Below are positions 51,150 through 64,000 of a DNA stretch of 64,000 nucleotides, in pieces. Each line of letters starts with the position of its first letter. Positions within the stretch are counted from its first letter, which is position 1. A program made the translations under genes and the position numbers. The stretch covers positions 7,502,001-7,566,000 of the forward strand of contig CM097885.1 in NCBI GenBank assembly GCA_044892525.1, read 5' to 3'. The notes under the pieces were generated by a model. The model searched no databases, was not told the origin of the DNA, and was given only the letters and a program-made list of their open reading frames with translations. The DNA comes from Schmidtea polychroa. Taxonomy: Eukaryota.

Positions 51150-51996
51150 GGATATAGCATGAACCATAGAAACACCATCTCATAATCAAGACTATCAAAA
51201 ACCATAAATCGCACTAATTGCCTCTTTCTCATAATTATTTTTTATGAAAAACGTCAGTTACTGCCAAGATATATATCTATTAAGACATTGGCCATTTTAA
51301 TGACAAAATCCAAAATAAAATTTGTTTCAAAAATACGTAATAATGTCAGCTTCAAGCATTAATGTACAAATGTAATTATGGGATTCTGGCGTGTGAAATA
51401 ATTTATGGTTTGCAATTGACCATAAATATGTTCCATAAGTTTATTGAAATTTTTCAATGTTATCTAAAACTGCAAATTATTTTAAAAATTTAACATTTTG
51501 AATTCTCCTCAAAAACGAATTTACAAAATTTTATGTAAAATTAATTTAAAAAATTTTTGTATTTAAAATAGAGTTGTTTTAATGTTTCAATTACTGTTTG
51601 TAAAATGTCTTATATTTTGAAATTAATAAAAAAAATTTATTAAGTTGTTTTTAATTTTAAATTTAAGATTAAAACATGACAATTATTTTCTGTCTAAATT
51701 AGTTTGTATAGAAAAAAAACCGTTGGATATTTTCAAGATAATCTTTAAAAAATGTGTCACTCAAACATATGTTTTCTTGTTATTATCAGGTATTATATAA
51801 AAACTAGATATTATATATTTAATAAACAAATTGCGCAATATATACTAAATTTAAAAGGATATTTTACTTTTATTTCCCCCTTGAACTACTTGTCGTCTTT
51901 TTTCGATTTTTGGTAAAAATTTGACAAAAGATTGTCGTTAAATGTTATGATATAATTTTATTAATAAATATTGTTAAATAATTTCAAAGCCATGTA

Positions 51997-52907
51997 CACC
52001 CGTTTGCGAAATATACCATAGCCTATTATATTATAGGAACACACAAACTTACCTGTGTGTAAAAATTTAATGCTGCAAAAGTTAACATTTATTATAGGAA
52101 TCTAAAACGCGAGAGAAAATAATTAAGCATACAAACACAGCACAAATAATGAAAAATGCATACAAAATTAATAAAGTGTTTTTTTTGCGAAATTAACATT
52201 GACTAACAAATAATTAACATATTAATATTTTCAAATTATTTAAAAGTTATGCACAAAAAATTTTTTGAATCAGATTCCGACTGCTCTACATTGAGCTTTA
52301 GAGAAAAAGAAGAAAATACATCGTAAGAATTAAAATAATTTAGAATATAAGATTTACAGATATTGAAGAATGTCCTTCGACATCTTTGAATTTGCAGGAA
52401 AAAAATCGCAAATCGTAAATTTTAATAAATTATTTTAACAAATTAATATTTTCATAGAATTACAGAAAATGACAAAATTCGAAAGAAGATTTCAAAAACT
52501 TAAAAAACTATTTTATCCATTCTTTCCTAAATGTCTTAAAAAATAAATGTTTGGTGATTACTTTATTTATTTATAATTATAAAAATATCTAATTTACATT
52601 TTTACGAAATAAATCCAAATAAAATATCATAAAATTCCTAAAACACCTGAAATTTAATTATCAATATGTTATATTATAAATGCTGACTAACAGTAATATT
52701 TAAGAACTTGAATAATGATCTCATAATTATATAAAATCAAAATTCAAATCCTAAAAATTACTTTAATTCAAAAACTTACCTTAAAACGATTTTTGAAAAA
52801 TTGAATAAATGAGATTAAGTTAACATTGTCATATAAATGGTGACTCACCTCAACTGGTGTGCATACCAACGTATATTATAGACAATGTTAACTTTCGCAA
52901 ACGGGTG
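51997..52907. mobile_element. 911-bp non-autonomous DNA element with TA TSD (Tc1/mariner-like by TSD only)
   Basis: Perfect 15-bp TIR CACCCGTTTGCGAAA / TTTCGCAAACGGGTG flanked by TA on both sides. Confidence 0.82.
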
Positions 52908-55900
52908 TATTATAAAATGTATTTTATGATATCATAATTCATATTTATCTCTTTATGATTGAAGACTATTATGTAATAATGAACATGAAATAAGAGATGT
53001 TTCAGACATAAAATAACATGCACGCGCATCAAACCATTCAGGATAATTATTAGATTACTTATAAATATATTTTTATATTATATTTAATTTTTGTTTTATT
53101 TGATTTTCATTATAAATTTGTGAAATAGTTATTTTCTATTTCATAATTATATTTATTATGTTTTCATTGATTCCAATCGTATTGAAAATTTTGCTTAAAT
53201 TTTATAAATTATCTTTAGTAATTACAAATTTCAAAGAAACTTCTCCATTCTTTTTATACATTTCGATCTCTCAACATTATAACTTGCTTATTTTTCTTAT
53301 TTTGTTTGTATTTTTGACTTAATAATTTTGTTTCTTCTTTCATGAATATGGATTTCACTAAATTTATCTTTATACATACCTTTTTTATTTTCTTAAACAA
53401 ATATTTCTATTTTATATATTTGCTAATTTAAATGCTTAAAATTTTTACCTTGTAATTCGGCTGATTGTGAGGTAGGGTACTGATTAATAATTTTTTTTCC
53501 TTGTCACTGATGAACGGATGATCAGATGGTCGGCTATGGACAACAAAACTATATATAACAAACCAAACACATCCAAATGTGGCCTGAATATAAAAGCTCC
53601 ATTTCCAGCCCATATTTTCAGTTATAACTCCAGTTAAACTTTGCCCGGTGATTGTTCCGATTAAACCACCTAGGAAAAAATCCATAAATAAGTATTAAAT
53701 AATATATCATTAAAATTATTTTTTTAATATTAATTTCATATTATGAGTCACTGTTCTGTCTTTTATTTAATATATTCAATCGGAAAGATTAGAATATCCA
53801 TATAGACTTCGTATTAGATTGAAAATGATTATTTCATAATCGAAAAATTATTATTTAATAAAATTTAGAGCAAAAGCTTATAAATCTTACTCATTTACTA
53901 TATATCATTTACTAGTTGATGCTNNNNNNNNNNNNNNNNNNNNNNNNNNNNNNNNNNNNNNNNNNNNNNNNNNNNNNNNNNNNNNNNNNNNNNNNNNNNN
54001 NNNNNNNNNNNNNNNNNNNNNNNNNNNNNNNNNNNNNNNNNNNNNNNNNNNNNNNNNNNNAAATTCCAAATAATAAAAGATTCCAGCAATGGCCTACTGT
54101 ATTATTTATATCGTTTTATTAATTTGCATTAATAATAAAAAATAAAATGTAAAAAAGTATTCAAAATGAGGTTATTACCTATACAAACGAATGATACGAT
54201 TATAGAACTCTCCGCCTCCAGGACCCAATATCCACAAAGGGCAATTAGTGCGGCGTAAGTTGGACCCTTAGTAGAAACAAATTAAATAAATATCAGAAAA
54301 TATGTATAATAATTAAGTTTTTTTTATATATAGAATTTTCGGTATCCTTAACAATTGTCATTTAAAAAGTGATTAAATACTGATAATGTTGATGTTCTAA
54401 TGACAAATAATGTTTATTTCAGTTTTAAGAGATTATACGTAATAACTAAATTAGAATTTGCAATAATCGTGCATACTTCGAAATCCTTCCCATAAAATCC
54501 CTGAAAATAATTGCCAGCTTAATTACTCTCATTTTTCACTAGAAATTGTTAAAGTACAATAGGAATTGTCTGGAATTGTCTGGATACTTATCGGACGCAT
54601 CACATATGCTTCATATACTGTGTTTTAGCAATAAGGAAATAAGATTATATCATGTTGGGTTATTGAGATAAGGATATTGTTGTTTTCCTTTTCCACTGAT
54701 TTCGAAATTCCTTTTCCTTTTTGTACTAATTAATTAGTACTGACCTTGGTTTTCCTTTTCCTGTTTGATTCCTTTTATTTCCTTTATCTTTCTCATTTTG
54801 AATTTCTTTTCACTTCCGTTTTCTTTTCTGAGTCTCTATAGATCGTCCCGTTTGTCATGGCGATCTTCCCCCAGGTAATTTTATTTATTTCTTTATGAAT
54901 TATTATTTAGGTATCCTCAACAATCATGAGAGAAAACATGAAAACAAGATGTTTATCATACATAGTGGAACTGATATATTACCAAAACGATATTTCAATA
55001 AAGTTGTGTAATATCTCAAAGTTTGAACAGACAAATTCTGGATTAACAATCAACATAATGATATAAACTGAGAATTATATATCGGAAAGATGTAAAATAG
55101 TAATGAAACATCCCAATCTAGATATTGGTTAATTTTGACTACTCGCGTCTGTGTTTAAATATTAAATTTTAAATATTAAATTAGTAAATTGGTTTGATAA
55201 ATTATTTTGAAAGTATTTAATTCAAGGCTGAAAAAGTTTGATTAAAAATTTGATTAAATTTTCCAGGTGTTCTGTTATTTTTATTATTTAGAAACAATTA
55301 TTAAAACATTTGTTTTAATATTCAGTATTAGTGATATTACGTTTTAAATATATCTTATTGTAAATTTTTGATATTAAGATTATTAAGATTGTTTAATTAA
55401 TTGTCTTCTTATTCTGAATGGACAATTTAATACATATACATTGAAGATGTAGTTGCATATTTTGATTGTTACGAGGCGCTTTATCTACTTCTATCAGGAA
55501 TTGTAGGTCTTTGCAATTGGGCGCTGATGAAACATTTACAAATAAGCAACGATAATATAATTCATTTAATTATCGGTCTAAGCTTAAAGACATTTGTTAT
55601 TATCATATTATAGGTCTCATTGTGTGTCTGCTACATTATTAAAGACATTATCCAGACAAAAAAACTTGCGATGAAAATAAAGCAATAAACGAAAACGTTA
55701 AATTATTAGAATATATCCATAAAGTTCAATCGAACTGGCTGATGATAATAATACTTCAATATTCATTCAGTCAGATTGAATTAATAATTATCAAAATAAT
55801 GAAAATGCCACTATCTCAAACCAATTCACACGAACATTTAATGTTGTTAGCTGCAACTGCAGTTATATCTAGTCCTTCCGATGATGATAATTTCTAGTCA

Positions 55901-58900
55901 AGAAAGTGGGAACAAACTACAACACACTGGTTACCATTAACAATAAATAAAAGATAAATCAATATCTCAAAACTAACTTCACACAGTCCCATAAAAAACC
56001 GCAGAGCAACCATTGAGTACACTCCTAATTGAGCTACAGTGGGAATAATCAGTGTAAAAATTGCAGTTGCAACCGTTGAAAGCCCATAAATCCATTTAGG
56101 TTTAAAGTAGGCCAACAAAATCACACCTAAAACACATTTAATCACTTAACAATCGATATTTAGTGCTAACTGGGAATCTGTATTATTGCATATCCCCAAT
56201 AGAATGATGACAATATAATAGTTTGGTAATTTACGTCCCACTTAAACTCCCCATTCGTTTGCTAGTTCAGTAAATGAACTCAAAAATTCACAATAACACT
56301 ATTACTTTGTCGGTATTGTTTTGTATATGAATTGGACACTCGCTAGTGTAGTTTTTAGGTTTTAAATAAGTTAAATTAACCATTGCAACAATTCCAATAC
56401 TGAGATTGGCTCTCAGCATATAAACTATAAACAATCCAAAAAATCCCATCCAAGCAAAAACATATCTCCAATAACACAACATATTTTTAAAACAGAAATT
56501 TCTAATAAAATACAAATTCTTAAAAATGGAATTTGGAATTTAGATGTTTTCCAATTATTTGACAAAAAATTAATTGATTTAAACATTGAAGGTCAAATTA
56601 ACTAATTGAAATTTTTAAAAAATAAACAAACTTTTACCGGAATATTTTAATATGTTAAAGTGAATGAAAAATATAAAAAGTATTTAAGTTGATAAATTTG
56701 GAGGAATTTATTTGATATTTTGTTTTCTAAATTGAAATTTTGGTAAACTATTTAAATTTGTTAGGAAAAACCTAATTCTGATGGTATTTTATTCATCTCG
56801 CATGATAACACAATTGTGCGGAAAATTAAAATTTCATTTTGTAAGGTTTAATATAAAAAGGTAAAGACGTAATAACACAAAAAATACAATAATAAAAAAA
56901 TTTAAGAACATAAAATATCAAAGAATTATAAATCCAATCGAAAATGTCAAAAACTTAAGAAAAAATATTTAAATTAAAAATTAAAATAAATGTATATTGG
57001 GATTTTTAATGATTTTGTTGATAGGAATTTGCTCGTGATCTGACTCCTCATGATCAATAATAAAGCAAATTTAATTCGAATCTCAACAAAATAACTTTAT
57101 TTCAAACAAAATTAGATAAACTTGATTCCACACTAGAATTTTCTCAGGTTAGAAACCCAGATGAACTGAAATTCAAAATATAATCTCCTATAATTTTTTT
57201 AACTTCGCTTCATAGAGTCTACTTTTAATGTGCTATTAATTTACCTATTTACTTCAATTGTTCAGATAGAATTTAAGTTTTATTCGACTGTCTAGATACA
57301 TAAAAGTTGAATAACTAACCAAAAAATCGAATAAAACGGAAATTCCGGAATGATAGATATGTTGAGGTTGGTGTTAAGTTTTCGTCATGCTTTCAATATA
57401 ATTTTTTATGAACAATGGTTACTTTTTTCATTATTATATATTTAGGAAGATGAAAATTCGAAAAGGATTATATTTTGAGAAGATGAGAAAATCAAAAATG
57501 ATTTCGTATCATTTGATTATTATAGATCTAGGAATGATCATTGCTGCTATTTGATCGTTATGAGTTTAAAAGAAAATCGAATGCTATGGAAATGGTTGAA
57601 TTTATTTGATATTAAAAGGTTTAGATGCGAAAGTCAGGACAAGATGAATTTAGTATGATATATAGCATAATAGTCATGGAAGATTGAAAACAGGAACTGA
57701 ATATCGAGGATGTAGTCAAATAGCCGAGGATTCATAGGATGATGGCAAAAGAATTCAAGAAAATTGAGTCTCGATAACTTACGAAGGGATGAATTGGATT
57801 AACTATAGTCTCGTGATGGAGGCGGGAAAATGTAAGGGTTATTTGATCGAATAGACGGACATTTAGAGAGGAATCGGTTGAAGTTCGAAGGAGCAAACCT
57901 TATGGTAATTTCCGGAGTCACCACTCAATTTCGATGAGTAAAATTTTCTTTTTATTCGTTTTGATTTATGTTTTTTAAACTTAGTGATCTGAATATTTTT
58001 ATGGCAATTGAATCTATGTTATACATCATTTTATGCAAATTTACAAGGCAATTAAATTTGAACGAAACCAGTGCTCAATGATCGGAGACAACAACTTGAG
58101 TAGGATGCAACACAAGTAAAGAAATAGACAGGTTAACACATTATGACTTTGACAGCTGGGAAGCGGCTGATTTGATCAATGAAGAGATAAGCAAAAATTC
58201 AAAGAAAACTGAAGAAGAAAGATTAAATCAAGATCAAAGATTTCAACTGGAGCAGACGGACAAGGAAAGCAGCGGAAGGGGAACCTTAGGATGTTATAAT
58301 TTGAGTAAAAATGCTATGAATTTAATTATTGTCGATTTTTAATTTATTTCACAGCTTCATGCTTATTATCGAAATTAAAATATTTTGTACTACCCTATTT
58401 TTTAATAGGAAAATTAGGTAACAATGGAAATAAACCAGATCATGACCGAATGATTACCTCAGGACTGAGAACGAGAACAATCATCTTCCTTCATCTTCAA
58501 TCATATTTAATTAATCATCTTCATATGCAGCTTCCGGAGCTGTAGAAGAATGGAGTCGGTCTGGTTCAGGCCAGACCATGTTAAGAAAATACGCCAGGAA
58601 ATAGGATTCGTAAAAGATTTTGGACCGAAATTCAGAATATCATTAGTAACCTAAAAATTACAATACTACAATAAGCTCAGATGATCATTGAACTCCGAGC
58701 CGAACTGCACACAAATGCAGGAGTCAGTAGCATGGTAGTGTGTCTACTTATTCTAAGCATGAACTTTCCCCAGCTCTATTACGAGATTACGAGATGGTCA
58801 AGGGTTCATACACTAACCATTAAGCCATCCAAGCCGCATCTAGGTCAATGTGAGCGAAAACGAAATCGGATGCTGAAAATACTCGAAAGGATACTTTCCT

Positions 58901-59679
58901 ATTATTTTCTGTTGCTTGTGGAGATGTGTAAATTTTAATCTTAATTTAAATTTAAATTTTAAGTTTTGTCCAGTATTTAAAATAGAAATAATTATTTTAT
59001 TAAGCACTAGTTTAGTTAAAGAAAATAGGCGAACAATAGAAAGCATTGAGATGATATGAAATTTAGAAAAACCATTGTTTGAAATAAAAGAGAAGTTTAA
59101 ATGTTTTCAAAAATAATTAAATCATAGTTATAAATTATCATAAAATAAATCAATGAAAAAGTTCATTAAAACAAAATATTATTTCAAAAATAAATAAAAA
59201 ATTATATATTTCGGTTACATGATCGTAACATTTTCTAAATTAAATCACCGTTCAAATAACCTCGTAATTTTCCTAGCTACAAAGCTTACTTCGTTAGGTA
59301 AAATTCATGAAATAAAATCTGAAACGGAAATTGAGGGTAAAGAGTTAGGCCAAATAAACATGGAAACGAGGAACAGGAGAAATTAGGACCCTACACCTTC
59401 AAGGTAAGGCAGTGAACCCAGAGGTGCGTCAATGTATCAGCAGTCTTGATGTTGGGGCTCTCCTTTTGCTGACGACCACCCATTAGAAAGACCACTAACG
59501 ACACTTGCAGCGAGCATGTAGCGATAAAATAATTAATTGTACGCAATTATGAATGGGTAAAACTAAAGTTGAAAGTATCGACAGGCTAGAAAAAACGTAA
59601 AGATAAAGTGTTGCTCCACTCGTAAATCACGTATAAATATTATTATAAGAACTTCTTTTATTTGGCATTGTATTTATTA

Positions 59680-60230
59680 AACAAAGGAAATTCACTCAGA
59701 TTGTGTAAAAGTATTTGAATCTATGACGATGAAAGATTTTACAAAATCAATGGGAATTACACTATGCTTTTCAAGTCCATACCATCATAATACAAATTGT
59801 GTGATAGAACGTCAATTCAGGACAATAAGAGACTATATAAATGCATCATTAAAAGAAAAAAGTAGAACAGATTGGGCAAAGATCATACCAGAGATTTAAT
59901 TTACCTTGAATACAAAATTTCAGAAATCAATTGGGCGAAGTCACGCAGAAGTAATATTTTGAAGAAAAATAGCTCGAGAACAATCTCATTGTAAAGCGCC
60001 GATTTCATAAAAAGAAGACACACGAGAAACAACGCAAACAAAAAGATCATTCAATATTAGAGATGAGGTTCTGGTAAAAGTCGAATCAAGAACGAAAGAC
60101 AAAGAAAGATACGAAGGGCCATACAGAATAATGCAGAAGATCCATAATCTCCGATATCTGCTACAAGACAAAAGTGCTTCAAGGAAATGTTGAAAAGATA
60201 AAGAAATTTCTTAAAGAAAGGGAATGTGAG
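59680..60230 (+). mobile_element. Gypsy-type LTR retrotransposon integrase 3' remnant with polypurine tract
   Basis: KEIHSD...FES...SPYHHNTN..IERQFRTI...W..IIP.I*FTLN and EVLVK...YEGPYRI (GPY/F motif), with stops. PPT AAAGAAAGGGAA at 60213-60224 is followed by TGT. Sequence from about 57.5 to 58.3 kb may be gag remnants but could not be confirmed. Confidence 0.78.
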
Positions 60231-62133
60231 GTGTTTTCAGCTGAGAATTAAATATTTCAATGATTTATTAAAATAATTTTTAAATGATAAATAATTGACT
60301 ATTTAAAATAACTTTTAAAAACATTTTTAAATTCAATTATTTAAATTGAAATTTTTAAATTTTTAAATTAAAAAATTAAACAAGCTTTTATTACTAAATC
60401 ATTTTTAAATAAAAATTTTTTAAATATCGAAATTTTAATAAATGGTTTTGAAAATATTTATTCAACGCTGAAAATTTGTTTGGAAATTATACAATATTTC
60501 ATTAAAAAAATACTTGGAATTACGTTATTAACTTTTGAACCGGATTTAAAAAATAATTTAGAAGATGTTTTAGCAGCTTCTAATAAGATGTATTATTGTT
60601 GTTAAAATNNNNNNNNNNNNNNNNNNNNNNNNNNNNNNNNNNNNNNNNNNNNNNNNNNNNNNNNNNNNNNNNNNNNNNNNNNNNNNNNNNNNNNNNNNNN
60701 NNNNNNNNNNNNNNNNNNNNNNNNNNNNNNNNNNNNNNNNNNNNNNNNNNNNNNNNNNNNNNNNNNNNNNNNNNNATTATTGTTATTATCATAATTTTTG
60801 CTAGGTCATTTATAATTAGTGTTGTTGTGATTTATTATAAAAGTTAGTTATATTGATAATGGTTTGTATTTAGTTAATGTTATTAAGGAGTCATAACAGG
60901 AAATTGTTGAGCTCAGTCGAGTCACCAGTAAAATTTGTATTAATTTAGCTGTGATTATTGTATGTACGTATATGAAATGTAGGTATGCGTATGCTTACTA
61001 ATACAAATAAAAAATATTAATAATAACTTTTAACAATATAACTTCATTCAACTGAGTCTAAAAATAAATGACAAATTGATTTATTCAATAAATAGAGTAT
61101 ATATTAAAATAAATTCATATGAAAATATATATTAAATGATATATTAAAATAAAAAGTATATTAAAAATGATTAAAAATATTTAATGAATTATATACTTGA
61201 AATATGTATTTACCTCCTTTTTATAATATTCATCAGAATACATTGATGAGAGTAGATTTAAAGGTTTTTTTACTTGTCAAAAAATGATGCGTTTTTTGTC
61301 TGGCAGTTCTTGAAATGTATTGCCTTTGTGCATACTTCTGCAAGGTGAAGGTAACAAATCGTAAACTTCCACAAATTATGAGTGATTTCGGCTGCAAATA
61401 TCATTAATAACACTAAAAATAAAACTTCAACTTAATGCAGCTATTAATTTATAATAATTCATAAAATTATTCTCAAACAATCTCTAATCATTCTGTTACT
61501 GCTGCTGCGTTTAATCTTCAATGGGCTCTTGTACCAGTGTTACACTTGTACCACGGGATTTTTAAGTCTAAAGCACGCGGTAACTTGCTTTTCTGATATC
61601 TGTCAAACAGGCAGTGCTACCGTTTCAGTACAATTGAACTGAATCCAGTACATTTTTATGAGATTCAGTACGTGAGTACAACATTTTGAAATATGTGCGT
61701 TTTTCAGTACATTTTTGTGCTTCTGAAATTTTTATAAATAAAATTTAAAAACTTTTTTAGTAATCTTAAAACTTGTTAATAAATTTTTGAATTTTATACA
61801 ACGAAGTTGTTTTTATTTGATTTATACACGTATTGATAATACACTGTCAGCTACGAAATAAACCGTTAAATTTAACCATCATTATTATTTAACAATTTAT
61901 TTAGTGCTTTTAACCACTCAAGGAATGGATTAATTTTGAATTTTAGATCCAGTAATAAAAAGTAAAAAAAATGCGGTTAGGCTAGAAAAAAACAGCATAC
62001 AAAATGCTTTCAAATTTAATGTTTATTGGCATTACAAACTTAAACAACAAATTTAGGAGGCGAATTTAAAATAATATCACGATGGGTATTTATTTGCATT
62101 TTTAAAATATTTATCAATCTTTTTAATTTCAGC

Positions 62134-63958
62134 ATGGCTTCCACAACGCCACAAAAGAAACCGAACTAAAAAGAAAGAGAAAAATTATTAAAGAAAGAAG
62201 ATTGTTCAACGAAAACTGGACAGATGACTACTTTTTTGTTGAGGCAAATACTAAGGCAATGTGATTAATCTTTCGGGAATTTGTACCTGTTTTCAAAGTC
62301 TACAATTGAAGAGGCATTTTACGCTAAAACATGCTAGAAAATTTAATTCATATCAAGGAATGTGTCGTAAAGACAAAATAGCAGAATTGAAAAAAAAGTC
62401 TATCATCTCAACAAAGTATTTTAAAAGAAACTACAACTCAAAGGAATTCTACTGTAAAAGCTAGTTATGTGGTTTCAAATTTGATAGCACAATACTCCAA
62501 ACCATTTGCTGAAGGTAAGTTTATTAAGTTATGCATTGAAAGCGTTGCAGATATAATTTGCCCTGATAAAAATGAAGAATTTTCTAAAATCAGTTTGTCT
62601 CACCAGACAATAGCCAGGCGAATTGAAGAAATCGGAAAATCTGTCGAAGCAGGTTTGGAAAGTAGAGCAGCTAATTTTAAATTTTATGCTTTGAGGATAG
62701 ACAAAAGTACTGATGCTACTGACACAGCTCAATTGGCAATTTTTATTAAAGGTATTGATGAAGAATATAACGTCACTGAAGAAATGACTTTTTAGTGCCA
62801 TTAAAAGGCACGACTAAATAAAGATATTTGTATGAAGCGATGAAAACTACACTAAAACGATTTTCTTTGTCCGTTGCGAATATGTCTGGAATAGTAACTT
62901 ATGGTGCTCCAGAAATGGTTGGTAAACGAGAAGGACTTATAAAATTAATAGAAGACGATGCATTTGCCGCCCAAAATTTACGTTTTATGAAATATTACTG
63001 CATAAGACATCAGCAAAGTTTATGTGCAAAATGTTTAAAGATGAATAACGTGATGCCGATTGTCATCGACACTGTAAAATTTATTTGAGCCAAGGGATTG
63101 AATCATCGTCAATTCCAGGAATTTCTTAAAATTATAGATGCGGAATATGGGGGTAACATTCACTTTTCGGAAGTTAGATGGTTAAGCCGGGGAAACATGT
63201 TGAAAAGATTTTATGATTTGCGAAATGAAATCAAGTCATTTATGGAATCGAAAACGAAATTTGTGCCCGAACTTGACAATGAACACTAGCTCACCGATTT
63301 GGCATTTTTAGAAGACTTGACCACTCATTTAAATGAGTTAAATTCGCGTCTTCAAGGTAATGACCAACTTATAAATACAATGTTTCAAACCATATCAGCA
63401 TTTGAAATGAAATTGAAATTATGGCAATCACAAATCAAGGCAAACAATTTTATGCATTTCAACACGTTGGCGAAATACGGTCGTCTGAACAATGTAAAAT
63501 ATGTAACTTTGCTTTCCGATTTGATACAGGAGTTTGAGAGTAGGTTGCAAGATTTGCGGGAAAATGATCTACTTTTGGGTATATTTGCGACTCCTTTTTC
63601 AGTCGAAATTAACTTATTACTACCCAATTTTTAAATAGAATGCATAGAGTAACAATCTGACATTCAACTTAAATAAAAATTTCATCAAGTCTCTTTACTC
63701 GACTTTATAACAGATATCTTTCCAAAGAAAAATATCTCTCGCTTCACAACCATGCCCTATTTAATAAATAGTATTTATGTCATCGCTATTTGGAAGCACC
63801 TACATTTGTGAGCAGTTATTTTCAGAGATGAAGCACACAAAGAATAATAATAGAACGAAACTATCTGATGAGCACCTTGAGCAATCACTAAGAATCGCAA
63901 CTACTTCGCAACTATTGACGCATTAGTATGTCAGAAACAAAGTCAAGTGTCTCACTAA
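62134..63958 (+). mobile_element. Decayed Buster/GTF2IRD2-like hAT transposase, a different family from 3261-5914
   Basis: Fragments RLFNENWTDDYFFVE, KPFAEGKFIK, ALRIDKSTDATDTAQLAIFI, GAPEMVG, YCIRHQQ, EVRWLSRG and STYICEQLFS, ending QVSH*. Many stops and frameshifts. Termini not established. Confidence 0.85.
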
Positions 63959-64000
63959 TTTCTGAATTTGGTTTTGTCTTTTACTTCTGGAATAAGAAAT

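Larger units (their letters stand above)
48013..56482 (-). pseudogene. SLC17 copy B, disrupted; exons 56482-56306, 56261-56171, 56126-55978, 54266-54179, 53669-53449, 50352-50197, 48662-48530, 48482-48233, 48192-48013
   Basis: Exons 1-7 have exactly the copy-A lengths (177, 91, 149, 88, 221, 156, 133). Exon 8 is 250 bp instead of 242 (8-bp frameshift, stop soon after). Exon 9 has an in-frame TAG at 48106-48108 within FG*GKLQPWA. Confidence 0.85.

Noticed and set aside
57500-59640. Complete Gypsy element with gag and LTRs
   Set aside because: Only the integrase and PPT are recognisable. No matching LTR pair, PBS, RT or protease motifs could be shown.
61612-61712. CAGTAC repeat cluster as the left end of the 62-kb hAT
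   Set aside because: The right end and TSD are outside the window, and the upstream 8-mer is not nnnTAnnn.

Overview
This is AT-rich metazoan nuclear DNA with GT-AG introns as short as 41-50 bp, (AAT)n/(TA)n microsatellites and five N gaps. The style is compatible with a planarian-like flatworm, but that is an impression and not shown. The first 22.6 kb is a near-identical inverted duplication (arms <1-8311 and 14710-22574+, spacer about 6.4 kb). Each arm carries a 3-exon DENND3-like gene (DENN + PH/GRAM-like + WD40, about 1318 aa) with a Buster-type hAT transposon in intron 1. The transposon is intact in the left arm and broken in the right. The spacer holds a TRAF-like pseudogene, a hAT MITE and a chimeric patchwork of EF1-alpha, cytoplasmic dynein and BEL/Pao fragments between two 15-bp repeat arrays. 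A Penelope-like remnant with a minimal hammerhead ribozyme sits just upstream of the right DENND3 copy on the same strand, and a second Penelope/hammerhead pair lies at about 33.7 kb. From 29 to 56 kb there is an older tail-to-tail pair of 9-exon SLC17 (sialin-like) genes: one is intact (491 aa), the other carries an 8-bp frameshift and a TAG stop. Introns and intergenic DNA contain many hAT, pogo/Tigger, piggyBac-like, BEL/Pao and Gypsy remnants. No rRNA, tRNA or CRISPR array was recognised. All assignments are by eye, without database searches.
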